NCBI GenBank assembly: GCA_965214775.1
Contig: OZ243974.1
Location: 1,504,001-1,568,000 of the forward strand
Origin: Nitrosopumilus sp.
Lineage (GTDB): Archaea > Thermoproteota > Nitrososphaeria > Nitrososphaerales > Nitrosopumilaceae
DNA: 64,000 nt
Reading direction: 5' to 3'
The translations under genes and the position numbers were made by a program. This document shows, piece by piece, positions 39,991 through 50,663 of the stretch (its first letter is position 1; every line of letters begins with the position of its first letter). The notes below the pieces were generated by a model that searched no databases, had not been told where the DNA came from, and saw nothing but the letters and a program-made list of their open reading frames with translations.

Positions 39991-42636
39991 ATGAGCAACA
40001 TATGGGAGGTCTGCAAGTTCAGCGACGAGATTGTCTCAGGACATCTGGAGCTGCACAAGTTTGCAGTAGAGCTTCATGATGTAATATCAGGCAAGGCAGA
40101 CCCAGTGTACCAAGATCCAGCCATATTTTTTGATAACACATACCTGACTACTCAGATGCGGAGTGTACTTAGGGATGTATTAATGAGAACAGAACGATCC
40201 ATAGGAAAGCCAGTGACCGTGATTGATACAGGTTTTGGTGGCGGTAAGACACACACGTTAACTCTACTTTACCACATATTCTCCAATCCAGATCTAGGCT
40301 TTGAGTATGCCAAAAAATACGGCATCGATGGTGAGCTTGGCATCGAGTCGATCTCAGATGTCAGAGTTGTTGCAATTGATGGAAGGGATGTCAAGAAAAA
40401 TACTCTGTGGGGGGAGATAGCTGACAAGCTTGGAAAATATGAGTCGGTACAGCAATATGACAAATCTCCAAAACCCATACATGATCTTGACATAATCAAG
40501 GCATTCTTTGACAGGCCTACACTGCTCATGATTGATGAGCTTCCCCACTATCTTAGCACCACACTTGCAGAAAGGATAGGAGATACTACAAAATCCAAGC
40601 TTACAGAAGATTTTCTTTATGCACTGATCAGTTCCGTATCATCTAGTAAGAACAGCGTGTTCATAATGACACTGACAGAGAAACAGCAGCTATACCGCAA
40701 GACCGTAGATCGTATAAAATCAACGATAGCGGAGACAGATACGGTCATAGAGGGATTAAAACAGACTCTCTCACGTCAGACCAACATAATCAATCCGGTT
40801 ACAAAAGATGAGATTTATGACGTAATACGACAACGGCTGATCAGGGAAATAAACGAGGATGAAAAAAAGAACACCGTACAAGAATATCTGGATTATTACA
40901 CGGATCAGGGATTGATAACCGATCCAAAGTTTCAAGACAGGCTGGAAAAATCCTACCCGTTACACCCGGAATTAATTGACATGCTGTACGAGAGGGTCTC
41001 AACCATATCAAAATTCAACCAGACAAGAGGAACCCTGAGACTTCTTGCACTAGTGCTAAATGACATATACGCGAACAGGAGAAATTGCCAGCTGGTCTCT
41101 GTGGGAGACATCAACTTTGAGTCAGCGCCTATTGTAGACGAGATTACCGCAAAGATAGACAGAAACGAGTTCAAAAAGATCATAGACACAGACTGTATAG
41201 AGCACGCAAGGGAGCTGGATCGTACAAAAAACATCAAGATAGTAGAACAGGTGGGCAAGACGATATACCTTCATTCACTGCATGAGACACCCAACAAGAA
41301 ATCCGGCATTACCTCCAATCAGATAAAACTGGTCGTTGGAAGGCCAGGCATTGATTCGTCTCTTGTGGAAAAGGCCCTTTTGGACGACGTTAGAAAGTAT
41401 TTTTGGTACATAAAAGAGAGCAACGGGCAGTTTTACTTTGTTGATGCGGTAAATGAGAATGCAATAATTGCCGAATATGCAAAAAACATAACGTCGCAAG
41501 AGATCGACGAGCAGGTTCGGGCGGAGCTTGTCACCCTTTCGAGGGGAATCTTCAAGCCCATAGTCTGGACAGATGACATCGAAGACGGCCAAAAGCTGAA
41601 ACTGTACCTGTTTCACTATAGGGCAGGTAATGACATCAAGACAAAGATTGTACACATGCTAGGATATGCGAGGGACAACTCTGCGCGTAGGTATCAAAAC
41701 ACTATAGTGTTTGTTTATGCTGACGCTGGAAGAGTGTACCTGATAGAGAAATATGCCAGAGAGTTGGTGGCAATAAAAAAGAGCAAAAAAGACGAGCGGA
41801 TAAAAGCAGACAAGACGTTTCTGCAAAACATCACGCAAAAAGAAGAGCAATCAAAAGGAAACCTAAGCAATGCGTGTCTTACATCCTACAACCACATCGG
41901 ATATCCGAACGGCCCGGAACCAAGACTGGACGTGATGTCGCACGCAGATATGACCAGCAATACAATCGGGGAGATGGCAAGCGAGTTTTTGAGTAAAAAG
42001 GGCAAGATGATACCTGAGATTGGACGTGATGCCATAATAGTAGAGTCGTGCAAAAAAGTAGAAGACATTTACAACGAGTTTCTTTATGACAAACGTAAGA
42101 AGTTCCTACAAGACATGACATCGGTAAAACAGGCGGTGTCTGACGGGGTGAACGAGGGACTGTTTGGATATGCAAGCGAGCTTGAAAAGTTAGATGAGGG
42201 ATACGTTGGCGAAATATCGAAAAAAGTTGACGTAGAGTTTTCAGGCTATGTAATACACAAGGATCATGTAAGGTCAAATTCCAAACTAGAACCTACAAAT
42301 GGATCTGGCCTGCAGGAGACGGGAGATCCTGGGAATAGAGAAGATCAGCACCAATACAAAATCCCACTAAATACGATTGATAGCACTCTTGGTATCCTAG
42401 ATATCCTAATCATAGGCGATTTTGCAAACATGCAAAAAAACATGAACGTGAAAGCACAGCTGGTAGGAAATACTGAAGTATCACTATCCAGCAAGCTGGG
42501 GGATGTTAATGCAGTAAAAAACATGATCAAGAGTTTCAAGTCATATAGTGAAGGCACCTTTGGTGGCCATCTAGAGTTGCGATCTGCTGACGACATATCC
42601 GAGAAGCTAGAGAAGCATGATCTGGTGTTTGAATGA
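39991..42636 (+). CDS. DUF499-family AAA+ ATPase
   Basis: Y.DP..FF..TYLT, GFGGGKTH Walker A, MIDEL Walker B, YPLHPEL, F..TRG.LRLLA motifs. Confidence 0.9.
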   Translation: MSNIWEVCKFSDEIVSGHLELHKFAVELHDVISGKADPVYQDPAIFFDNTYLTTQMRSVLRDVLMRTERSIGKPVTVIDTGFGGGKTHTLTLLYHIFSNPDLGFEYAKKYGIDGELGIESISDVRVVAIDGRDVKKNTLWGEIADKLGKYESVQQYDKSPKPIHDLDIIKAFFDRPTLLMIDELPHYLSTTLAERIGDTTKSKLTEDFLYALISSVSSSKNSVFIMTLTEKQQLYRKTVDRIKSTIAETDTVIEGLKQTLSRQTNIINPVTKDEIYDVIRQRLIREINEDEKKNTVQEYLDYYTDQGLITDPKFQDRLEKSYPLHPELIDMLYERVSTISKFNQTRGTLRLLALVLNDIYANRRNCQLVSVGDINFESAPIVDEITAKIDRNEFKKIIDTDCIEHARELDRTKNIKIVEQVGKTIYLHSLHETPNKKSGITSNQIKLVVGRPGIDSSLVEKALLDDVRKYFWYIKESNGQFYFVDAVNENAIIAEYAKNITSQEIDEQVRAELVTLSRGIFKPIVWTDDIEDGQKLKLYLFHYRAGNDIKTKIVHMLGYARDNSARRYQNTIVFVYADAGRVYLIEKYARELVAIKKSKKDERIKADKTFLQNITQKEEQSKGNLSNACLTSYNHIGYPNGPEPRLDVMSHADMTSNTIGEMASEFLSKKGKMIPEIGRDAIIVESCKKVEDIYNEFLYDKRKKFLQDMTSVKQAVSDGVNEGLFGYASELEKLDEGYVGEISKKVDVEFSGYVIHKDHVRSNSKLEPTNGSGLQETGDPGNREDQHQYKIPLNTIDSTLGILDILIIGDFANMQKNMNVKAQLVGNTEVSLSSKLGDVNAVKNMIKSFKSYSEGTFGGHLELRSADDISEKLEKHDLVFE

Positions 42637-42992
42637 GAATATACCACCACACACTGGAGAGAAGCAAGAGTCGAAAGTCAATCATCTTCAAGGTCCATGT
42701 GGATGACAGGTTTGGCAAACAGAGGATAAACCAGGCCCTACTGTCCGGTTGGCGCGCCAAACTTGCAGAAAAGCGCCTGTTTTTTGACAAGGATGACTGG
42801 GACGACGACGTTGCTCGAAAGTTTGTCGGAATTATGGTTCTAAAGATTGCCCGTGATGAGTATCAAGGGACACATTTTCTCAATAATGTGGATGCTGAGA
42901 GCAACATGGAGATTCATTTCTGGGCATACCAGTTTCTGTCAAACAAAAAGGCATCACACGCGTGGAAGATCCTAAACGGTGATATCCAGTGA
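42633..42992 (+). CDS. Small hypothetical protein in the position usually held by DUF3780
   Basis: ATGA and GTGA overlaps with both neighbours; E.HFW..Q....A..AWKIL motif. Confidence 0.75.
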   Translation: MRIYHHTLERSKSRKSIIFKVHVDDRFGKQRINQALLSGWRAKLAEKRLFFDKDDWDDDVARKFVGIMVLKIARDEYQGTHFLNNVDAESNMEIHFWAYQFLSNKKASHAWKILNGDIQ

Positions 42993-45616
42993 AACACGCA
43001 GTAATAGAAGACTCCAACGTCGAGGTTATGGAGTTTTTTAATCGGGTTGGCAGGGCGTCGAAAAACGAGAAACAGGCCACGATTAGCCTCAATCAGATGA
43101 TGTACTGGTGGACCCGCAAACCGCTTGTGGTCGGAAAGGCCATGGCACTGACAAGCCTGTTTGATAGGCTATCTGACGTGGAGCAGTTTTTGGGGCTTGA
43201 CTCATCAAAGCCATACGATCACATTCCTGATACTGCCACGTTTGCAAAAAAACTTGGGGTTGACCCAAAAACAATTGGCATGTTAGATCCGTTTGCAGGT
43301 TCAGGCAATCTGATGTTTCCCGCCGTACAACTTGGCCTTGATGTTACTGCATCGGACTATAACCCGCTGGCATGGTTGATAGAAAAATGCGCGCTTGAAT
43401 ATCCTGCAAAACACGGTCGTAATTTGCATGAGGATTTTGTCAAATATGCCAACAAGGCATTGGAAGAGACTAAAAAAGCAGTGGGAAAGTATTTTCAAGA
43501 TTCCTACCTCACATACCTGTGGTGTTGGTGCATACGATGTCCATACTGTTCACAGAGGTTTCCTCTTACAAACCACATGTATGTTGTGAAAACTGAAAAA
43601 AGAAAGATCGGCATACGGATAATTCCAAAAGACAAAGATTTTAGCACAAAGATAGTCAATAACATATCTAAAGAAGATGGCGACAAATACACGCAGAAAA
43701 GAGGCAAGGCTGTTTGCATATCATGTACCAACACAATACAATACGATGTAATTACAAAGGACATTACGGAACATAAGGATCGCGAGATAATTGCGATACA
43801 GGTTCAAAAGAAAAAAGGCAGGGATTATATCATTCCAACAGAAAAAGACAAAAAGACATATCGTGATGCCGTACAACACTTTAAGACAAAATATGATGAA
43901 TTTGAAAAACAGAATCTAATACCCAAGGAAGAAGTTCTTGCAAGTCATAGAAAAAAAAATACTTTGTGGAACTATGGAATAACCACATGGGATCAGTACT
44001 TTGATGAGCGTCAGATGCTTGTACTGTGTACCTTTATGCAAAACATCAAAAAAACATGCGACGGCATTCCAGACAAGTCATACCGCAAAGTAATTTCCGC
44101 ATATCTTGCATTTATTCTAGCCAAGCGTGTTGACAATGCAGGGTTTGGTGTTGTTTGGAGTTCAGGACGAGAGATGCCAGCACATCTACTGTCTATGCGT
44201 CGACCTAGCATTTCTTATAATTTTGCTGAATCAAATCCATTTGAAAAAATAAGTGGCAGTATTACAAACATAATCAGATCCATATATCATGCTATAGAAT
44301 TCACAAAAAGATTACACAATGTAGCAATATGCAAAAATCAATCTATCACAAAAACATCAAAAAAACAATACGATGTTATAATTACAGATCCTCCATATGG
44401 AGATGATGTTCAATATGGGGAACTATCAGAGTTTTTTTACGTGTGGATTCACAAGGTACTCTGTCAATATTATGATCTGCCGACGCGCATTCCACTCGAT
44501 GAAGATTACTGTGAGAGCCAGGGGCGTTTTAGCAGCAAGGAAAAGGCAAAAAAATTCTTTGGCGCTGGGCTCGAAAAATCATTTAGGGCAATAAATGCAA
44601 GACTCAAAGACGATGGACTGGCAGTAATCCTTTTTGCCCATTCAAGCACGGAGACATGGAACCAATTTCTCGCGGCAATACAGGAGGCAAAACTGCGGAT
44701 AGTATCAAGCTATGCAATACATACAGAAATGTCAACAAACGTAATTGCCCAGAACAAGGCATCATTCATGTCATCCATAATGGTAACGTGCAGAAAGATA
44801 ATCGGGGAATCAGTACAGTACTTTGAGGATCTGATACCTGAGATAGACGATGGCGTGAAAAAGATACTGGACGGCATTTCAGAGCAAAGACTTTTGACAC
44901 TGTCCATAACCGACCTGCTGGTTATGGTGTATGGAAAAGTGCTAGAGGTATCAACCCAGCACACGGTTCTGAAGAGCTATGCAAAAGACTTTGCACCAGA
45001 CTTTGAGATGCTCATAAAAGACGCCCGCAGTACGATCATTAAGCAGCTTGTAGTCAAACTATTAAAAAAACAGCCGGATATCGTGGGATCCCGAATGGCG
45101 TTTTACATAATCAACAAGGTGTTCAACAACGGTAAAGTTTCAGCCGACGATGCGCTGAAAATAGCACAGGCATACAACACAAGCCTTGCCGAGCTAAGCA
45201 GCGATGGAGTAATAACACAAAACAAGGGAGTAGCACGCCTTCAAAGCCTAAAGCAAGACATGGACTACGAGCCAGAAACAATTGATCCGCAGAACCTGCA
45301 CCAGCAGCTGTGCTATCTTGCATCACACGAGTCAGACATGGCCGAGTTACTGCACCACGACAACATACTGGAAAACGATCTAAAGCCCATTGTGAGCCTC
45401 TTGCTCAAAAACTACAATATGAAGAGAAATCAGGGATACAATCCAACTCCTGATGACAGTGAGGAGATCCAGATACTGACCACCATGGCAGATCATATGG
45501 GGATAGCAGTAGAGCAAGATTCCCACTACAGAGGAAAGGGGGCCAGAACCAAAAAGGCGAGGGCTAAAAAGAGCATGGGAGACGAGAACCAGTCTCGTTT
45601 GGAGAAATGGAAGTAG
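42989..45616 (+). CDS. DUF1156-type amino-DNA methyltransferase with Zn ribbon
   Basis: YWWTRKPL, LDPFAGSG (motif I), CPYC and CISC, ITDPPY.DDVQY.ELSEFFYVW (motif IV). Confidence 0.92.
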   Translation: MKHAVIEDSNVEVMEFFNRVGRASKNEKQATISLNQMMYWWTRKPLVVGKAMALTSLFDRLSDVEQFLGLDSSKPYDHIPDTATFAKKLGVDPKTIGMLDPFAGSGNLMFPAVQLGLDVTASDYNPLAWLIEKCALEYPAKHGRNLHEDFVKYANKALEETKKAVGKYFQDSYLTYLWCWCIRCPYCSQRFPLTNHMYVVKTEKRKIGIRIIPKDKDFSTKIVNNISKEDGDKYTQKRGKAVCISCTNTIQYDVITKDITEHKDREIIAIQVQKKKGRDYIIPTEKDKKTYRDAVQHFKTKYDEFEKQNLIPKEEVLASHRKKNTLWNYGITTWDQYFDERQMLVLCTFMQNIKKTCDGIPDKSYRKVISAYLAFILAKRVDNAGFGVVWSSGREMPAHLLSMRRPSISYNFAESNPFEKISGSITNIIRSIYHAIEFTKRLHNVAICKNQSITKTSKKQYDVIITDPPYGDDVQYGELSEFFYVWIHKVLCQYYDLPTRIPLDEDYCESQGRFSSKEKAKKFFGAGLEKSFRAINARLKDDGLAVILFAHSSTETWNQFLAAIQEAKLRIVSSYAIHTEMSTNVIAQNKASFMSSIMVTCRKIIGESVQYFEDLIPEIDDGVKKILDGISEQRLLTLSITDLLVMVYGKVLEVSTQHTVLKSYAKDFAPDFEMLIKDARSTIIKQLVVKLLKKQPDIVGSRMAFYIINKVFNNGKVSADDALKIAQAYNTSLAELSSDGVITQNKGVARLQSLKQDMDYEPETIDPQNLHQQLCYLASHESDMAELLHHDNILENDLKPIVSLLLKNYNMKRNQGYNPTPDDSEEIQILTTMADHMGIAVEQDSHYRGKGARTKKARAKKSMGDENQSRLEKWK

Positions 45617-48600
45617 GCAGCAGCGTGAGAACCCCGGACGGCACGGGCACAATCACCGGCATGGACGCCCGATCGGCCAAGGTTCAGACTGGCACGGGTT
45701 CCAAGTGGTATGAGCTTGATACCTTGGACATGATATATGACCCGATTGCAAAGATGTGCAAAAAGCAGATCGATGACTGCCTCCAGTTTGCCACGGGGAT
45801 TGATGCGCACCGCCTCTACACAGAATACCGGTTCAATCCGTATGTCCTTGCAGCATCAACCAAGATCAAGATATTCCCCCACCAGATAAACGAGGTGATG
45901 TGGGGGCTTGAGAACCCTAGAATAATGATTGCCGACGAGGTGGGGCTTGGAAAGACGATAATTGCAGCGTTGATCGTGTCGGAGCTCCGCGCACGCGGCA
46001 CTGCAAAGCGCCTTCTTTTTGTGGTTCCAAAGTCCCTGCAGATAAAATGGAAGATTGAGCTTGAGCAAAGATTTGACATTCCAACCAAGATACTGAATTC
46101 AGAATATGTGAAGAACAATCCAGAACCGTTTGAAGGCGAGTTTTCATTTGTAGCATCAATGGACTATCTAAAACAGGAACACATCATATCCAGGCTCAAT
46201 GAAGAGATTGATGTGGTGGTGGTAGACGAGGCTCACAAAATGAAAAAGGGCACATCCAGGCTGAAGCTGGGAGAGCATCTTGCGTCAAAAACAGACACCA
46301 TGATACTTCTTACCGCAACCCCGCACGACGGTCGCGACGAGGACTTTATGGCCCGCATGAACATGCTGGACAGCTTTGTATCTGACATACGAACCGCCTC
46401 GTACCTGTGGACGCGTACCACAAAGGAGGACGTAGTAGACATCGAAGGAAAGAAGGTGTTTCCCGACAGGACAAGCAAGACAGTAGACATTGCGCTACTA
46501 AACAAGGAGCGCGACGTGATCAAGTTGCTGGAGGGGTACTTTGATCACATACAGTCAAACGTAAAGACGCCACGTGAGGAGAACATGATCAGGTTCCTTA
46601 GGCACATATACCGAAAAAGGGCCAGCTCGTCACTGCACTCACTGGGAATATCCCTAAGGCGCAGAATAGACAAGCTTGGCACAGCAGATACCGACATAGA
46701 AAGCGCACTGACCAAGCTGGACTATGACTATAGCGAGGACATAGAATTTGAGGACATTGAAGGGTATGAGGGATTCACCATATCCGACGTGGAACGTGAA
46801 AAGGAGATGTTGACAGAAATCACAAAGCATCTGGAGCAGATTGGTTGTGATTCCAAGCTGGATCATCTGAGGCGGTTCATCAAGACGCTAAAGGAGGACA
46901 GGCCGGATGCAAAACTGGTACTCTTTACAGAATACCGCGACACGCTGGACTATCTTGCGGCATCTCTTGATTATGAGATTGGAAAGATAGACGGTACCAT
47001 GTCGATAACAGAGCGTCAAGACGAGCTTGAAAAATTCAAAAAATCAGACGGGTACGAAGTCATGCTGTGCACAGATGCGGCGGGGGAGGGAATAGACATG
47101 CAGTTTTGTAACGTGGAGATAAACTATGATCTCCCGTGGAACCCAAACAGGCTTGAGCAAAGGATGGGCAGAATACACAGGATAGGACAGGATCAGAATG
47201 TCTTTTATTACAATTTTGTGGTAGATTCCAAATCAAGCATTGACGGATACATAATGCAAAAACTGCTTGAAAAAATCGAGCAGATAAAGGCGGCGATGGG
47301 CGACAAGGTGTATGACGTAGTGGGCTCGCTCATAGGATCAGAGGAATTTGGAAGGTACTATGACGAGCTGCGTAAGATACCGAGGGACCAATGGGAGCCG
47401 AAGATTGCTGTCCTGATGTCCGCAATAGAGGCCATGCGGTACGATGTTTTGGAGAAGAGGAAGATGCTGCTGGAGGGAAACAGGCTTGATTCTACAAAGC
47501 TTGAAGACATACAAAAGATACGCAATACTGCCATAGTAATAGACGAGGTAAAGCGGTTTTTGCAGGTGTTTGTAGAGACAAATGGGGGGAGGATGAACCG
47601 CATTGACTCTGACAAGGAGCTATACAGCATACGCCTTTCTGAGAGGCATTCAAAGGAGCTTGGATTAGGCGAGATCGTCGGGACCTTTGACGGAACAACT
47701 GCAGAAAAAGAGTCATACGAGTACCTTGCGCTTGGAAACCACAGCATAGAAAAGATACTGAGAAAGGCAGCATCAGATCATGTTGCATCACTTGGACACG
47801 AGAGCCAGGAAGGAGTATTGTGCATATACAAGATAACCATAACCGACGGCCAGGCAAAACAAAGGGACTCCAAGATAATTGCGATATTTGAGCAATCCGA
47901 CGGCGTCATATATCAGGTTGATGAGAGAAGCGTGTGGACATACAAACAGTCAGATAGAGAGGTCAACATAGATTTTGCCACAAGTGCAAGCAAACGAATA
48001 GAGACGATTGCATCCAGCATGGCACAGAAACAAAAAGAGTCCATAGATCGCAAATTAAGAGAGATCAAAAAGAAGACCAAAACTGCACGTAACGGATACT
48101 ATGCAAAAAAGATAAGCGATATAAAAGTGAGAATGGGCGAGCTGCAACAAAACGACGACGGGCCTCATGTTGAAAGAATAATAGATGAACGCAAAAGAAA
48201 AATAAAGACACTAGAAAAGCAGGCGGATATCGAGTACCAAAAACTGGACAGGCAATTTAATACCGCCACCAGGATAGACCTGATTGGAATTGCACAGGTG
48301 ACTGCAGATGATGGCGCAGACATTCGCATACGCATAGACGAAGCTGGAATGAAGGCAGTCCTTGAATCGGAAAGAAAAAGGGCACCAGACGAGCATGCCG
48401 TAAAACAGCTTGAGGACTGCTCCAAGAAAAACTGCGGGTATGACGTAGTATCATTTGACAGAAAAATAGAGGTAAAATCGCACAAAAAGTCCGGCAGCAT
48501 AATGCTGACTGACCACGAATGGAAGACGGCAGAAAGGTTGCAGGATGAATACTGGCTTTACGTGGTAGAATACGTATTTGAAAATCCACACATAACGGCG

Positions 48601-48699
48601 ATACAAAACCCGGCATCGAAATTCCACGGCCACATAGAAAAAATTCCAGCCAAGCAGTTCAGATGGGTGATCCATGACTGGAAAGAGAGATCTACCTAG
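45607..48699 (+). CDS. SNF2/RapA-like helicase with C-terminal DUF3883-like nuclease
   Basis: PHQ, ADEVGLGKT, DEAH, LTATP, LPWNPNRLEQRMGRIHRIGQ; C-terminal GYDV.S...IEVK...LT..EW..A.....YWLYVV. Confidence 0.92.
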   Translation: MEVGSSVRTPDGTGTITGMDARSAKVQTGTGSKWYELDTLDMIYDPIAKMCKKQIDDCLQFATGIDAHRLYTEYRFNPYVLAASTKIKIFPHQINEVMWGLENPRIMIADEVGLGKTIIAALIVSELRARGTAKRLLFVVPKSLQIKWKIELEQRFDIPTKILNSEYVKNNPEPFEGEFSFVASMDYLKQEHIISRLNEEIDVVVVDEAHKMKKGTSRLKLGEHLASKTDTMILLTATPHDGRDEDFMARMNMLDSFVSDIRTASYLWTRTTKEDVVDIEGKKVFPDRTSKTVDIALLNKERDVIKLLEGYFDHIQSNVKTPREENMIRFLRHIYRKRASSSLHSLGISLRRRIDKLGTADTDIESALTKLDYDYSEDIEFEDIEGYEGFTISDVEREKEMLTEITKHLEQIGCDSKLDHLRRFIKTLKEDRPDAKLVLFTEYRDTLDYLAASLDYEIGKIDGTMSITERQDELEKFKKSDGYEVMLCTDAAGEGIDMQFCNVEINYDLPWNPNRLEQRMGRIHRIGQDQNVFYYNFVVDSKSSIDGYIMQKLLEKIEQIKAAMGDKVYDVVGSLIGSEEFGRYYDELRKIPRDQWEPKIAVLMSAIEAMRYDVLEKRKMLLEGNRLDSTKLEDIQKIRNTAIVIDEVKRFLQVFVETNGGRMNRIDSDKELYSIRLSERHSKELGLGEIVGTFDGTTAEKESYEYLALGNHSIEKILRKAASDHVASLGHESQEGVLCIYKITITDGQAKQRDSKIIAIFEQSDGVIYQVDERSVWTYKQSDREVNIDFATSASKRIETIASSMAQKQKESIDRKLREIKKKTKTARNGYYAKKISDIKVRMGELQQNDDGPHVERIIDERKRKIKTLEKQADIEYQKLDRQFNTATRIDLIGIAQVTADDGADIRIRIDEAGMKAVLESERKRAPDEHAVKQLEDCSKKNCGYDVVSFDRKIEVKSHKKSGSIMLTDHEWKTAERLQDEYWLYVVEYVFENPHITAIQNPASKFHGHIEKIPAKQFRWVIHDWKERST

Positions 48700-48930
48700 A
48701 GTCAGGTTTTGATCCGGTAACAAAATGTGCTACTGTTATCCAACTCTGCGGATCATCTGGATTATTTTTAAAGTACTTTTCAAACGATAAAAAGATTCTA
48801 TCATCCGTTTATTTTTTGGATTTTCTGCTGTATAGAAATAGCAAAAGACGACATGGATCCTCGTAGGAAAGACTCGGGTTAATTACAGATCACTTCTCTG
48901 CACATGAGAGTGTTTTTCACATCAGTTCGG

Positions 48931-49221
48931 TTACTTGATTCTGCTGCCAAACGCTCTCAGCATAGCATCAAGGCCGGCAATCCTGCCTTCCAGATACTTG
49001 ATCCTTTCATCCGGCGGCAGGTATCTTGCATGCTCTTGCACGCCCTTGAGATACCTGGCAAACGACCTGTCAAACGTCCTGTCCGTCATTTTGATCCCCT
49101 TGCACAGATTCTGCAGGTTCAGGCCATCAAGCTCGGACTTTTTGCCCAAGAACAGCTGGGACTTGCCTGCCAGAAAATACAGATATTCCGTCCCGTGGTT
49201 TGTCCTGACTACGATCCCCAT
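48931..49221 (-). CDS. Small hypothetical protein divergent from the integrase
   Basis: 96-aa ORF (EYLYFLAGKSQLFLGKK) with TATA-like tttaa upstream; possible directionality factor. Confidence 0.55.
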   Translation of the reverse strand: MGIVVRTNHGTEYLYFLAGKSQLFLGKKSELDGLNLQNLCKGIKMTDRTFDRSFARYLKGVQEHARYLPPDERIKYLEGRIAGLDAMLRAFGSRIK

Positions 49222-49365
49222 GCCTGTGTATTGTTAGCGTACAAATCATTAAATAAGCGTATGTGTATTCTAAGAATACACAAAATGACATGCCAGAAAC
49301 ACCCCAAAGGACAAATAGATCTCAAACCATATCAAGGCAATGAAGTCGCCGAGAGGCTGACCGAT

Positions 49366-50568
49366 ATGGGAAAAAACAAGCTTGCTACAAGAAAAGACAC
49401 TGTCAAAAAACAGGCAAAGGCAACGCGGCTGCTGGCACATCCTGACGTGCGGAGGTGGTACGACAACCTTGCGCGCGGGAGCGTGCTTACGGCAAACAAC
49501 TCGCTACGATGCATTGACAAGTTCTGCGAGACACACAGCATGTCTCCGGCCGAGCTGGCAGATCTCGGAGTAAGGGATCTGAGGGCAGTCACGGACCTCA
49601 TCGAGGATCACGTCACCATGATGGAGTCCGAGAACTACTCGTCAGGATACGTGACCCTGACCGTCCAGATCATAAAGTCCTGGCTGAGGCACTCTGACGT
49701 GGTGATCAAGCGCAGGATAAAGGTGACCCCCAACAGGAACCAGAAGACAATCCAGGGCGAGCGCGTTCCAAACGCGCAGGAAATGTCCGAGATATACGGC
49801 CGCGCGGGACTGCGGGAGTCAGTCATAATATCCCTGATGAGCAAGTCCGGGCTGAGGCCTGAGACCATAGGCAACCATGACGGCACGGACGGGCTGTGCA
49901 TGAGCGATCTTCCGGACGTGGTGATACACCAGGGAACGGCAAAGTGCATAAGGACGCCGTGCATGGTGACTGTAAGGGGCACGCTGTCAAAGGCACGCCA
50001 CCAGTACTTTACGTTCATGACTGCGTCTGCAACCAGGAACCTCACGGCATACCTCAATGACAGGCTCGCCCACGGGGAGCCGCTGCACGGGAGCTCGCCG
50101 GTGGTGGCGCCGGATCACGTCCACAAGACGAATCGGGGCCGCAACAGGGACAAGAAATTCCTCATCACGACACAGGTAAGCCACCTGGTGCGCAAGACGT
50201 TCAGGCCGAGGTTCACGTGGAGGCCCTACGTACTGCGCGCGTACTTTGATACGCAGCTGCTGATTGCCGAGTCCAGGGGAAGGATTGCGCATGACTTTCG
50301 CGTCTTCTTTATGGGGCACAGGGGAAGCATGGAGGCGCGATACACCACGAACAAGGGCGTGCTGCCAGACGTCCTGCTAGACGAGATGCGGGACGCATTC
50401 GGACGATCCGAGGAGCACCTGGACCAGGCAGAAGCAGATCCTACACTGGAACAAAAGCAGGAGGCGCTGCGGATGATAGAGGGGGCCACACCGGATCAGC
50501 TCGGGCGCGTGCTAGAGGCACTGCAGACGGTGCCGGCAATACGCGCCGGGGCAGATCGTGGCAGATAG
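49366..50568 (+). CDS. Tyrosine integrase/recombinase, full-length copy
   Basis: SGLRPE (Arg), SKARHQY, PYVLR, MGH, EARY catalytic motifs; located at the island end; start uncertain. Confidence 0.88.
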   Translation: MGKNKLATRKDTVKKQAKATRLLAHPDVRRWYDNLARGSVLTANNSLRCIDKFCETHSMSPAELADLGVRDLRAVTDLIEDHVTMMESENYSSGYVTLTVQIIKSWLRHSDVVIKRRIKVTPNRNQKTIQGERVPNAQEMSEIYGRAGLRESVIISLMSKSGLRPETIGNHDGTDGLCMSDLPDVVIHQGTAKCIRTPCMVTVRGTLSKARHQYFTFMTASATRNLTAYLNDRLAHGEPLHGSSPVVAPDHVHKTNRGRNRDKKFLITTQVSHLVRKTFRPRFTWRPYVLRAYFDTQLLIAESRGRIAHDFRVFFMGHRGSMEARYTTNKGVLPDVLLDEMRDAFGRSEEHLDQAEADPTLEQKQEALRMIEGATPDQLGRVLEALQTVPAIRAGADRGR

Positions 50569-50663
50569 CGAGGATGCGGAGAGGCTCATTGCCGACGGCT
50601 GCACGTTTGTCGGCGTCCTGCCAAACGCCAGGGTGGTTCTTCAAAGAAGGGATATGTGAGACC

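Noticed and set aside
48904-49365. N-terminal extension of the 554-aa integrase ORF
   Set aside because: Overlaps a plausible opposite-strand gene and an AT-rich promoter-like region; a later start is more likely.
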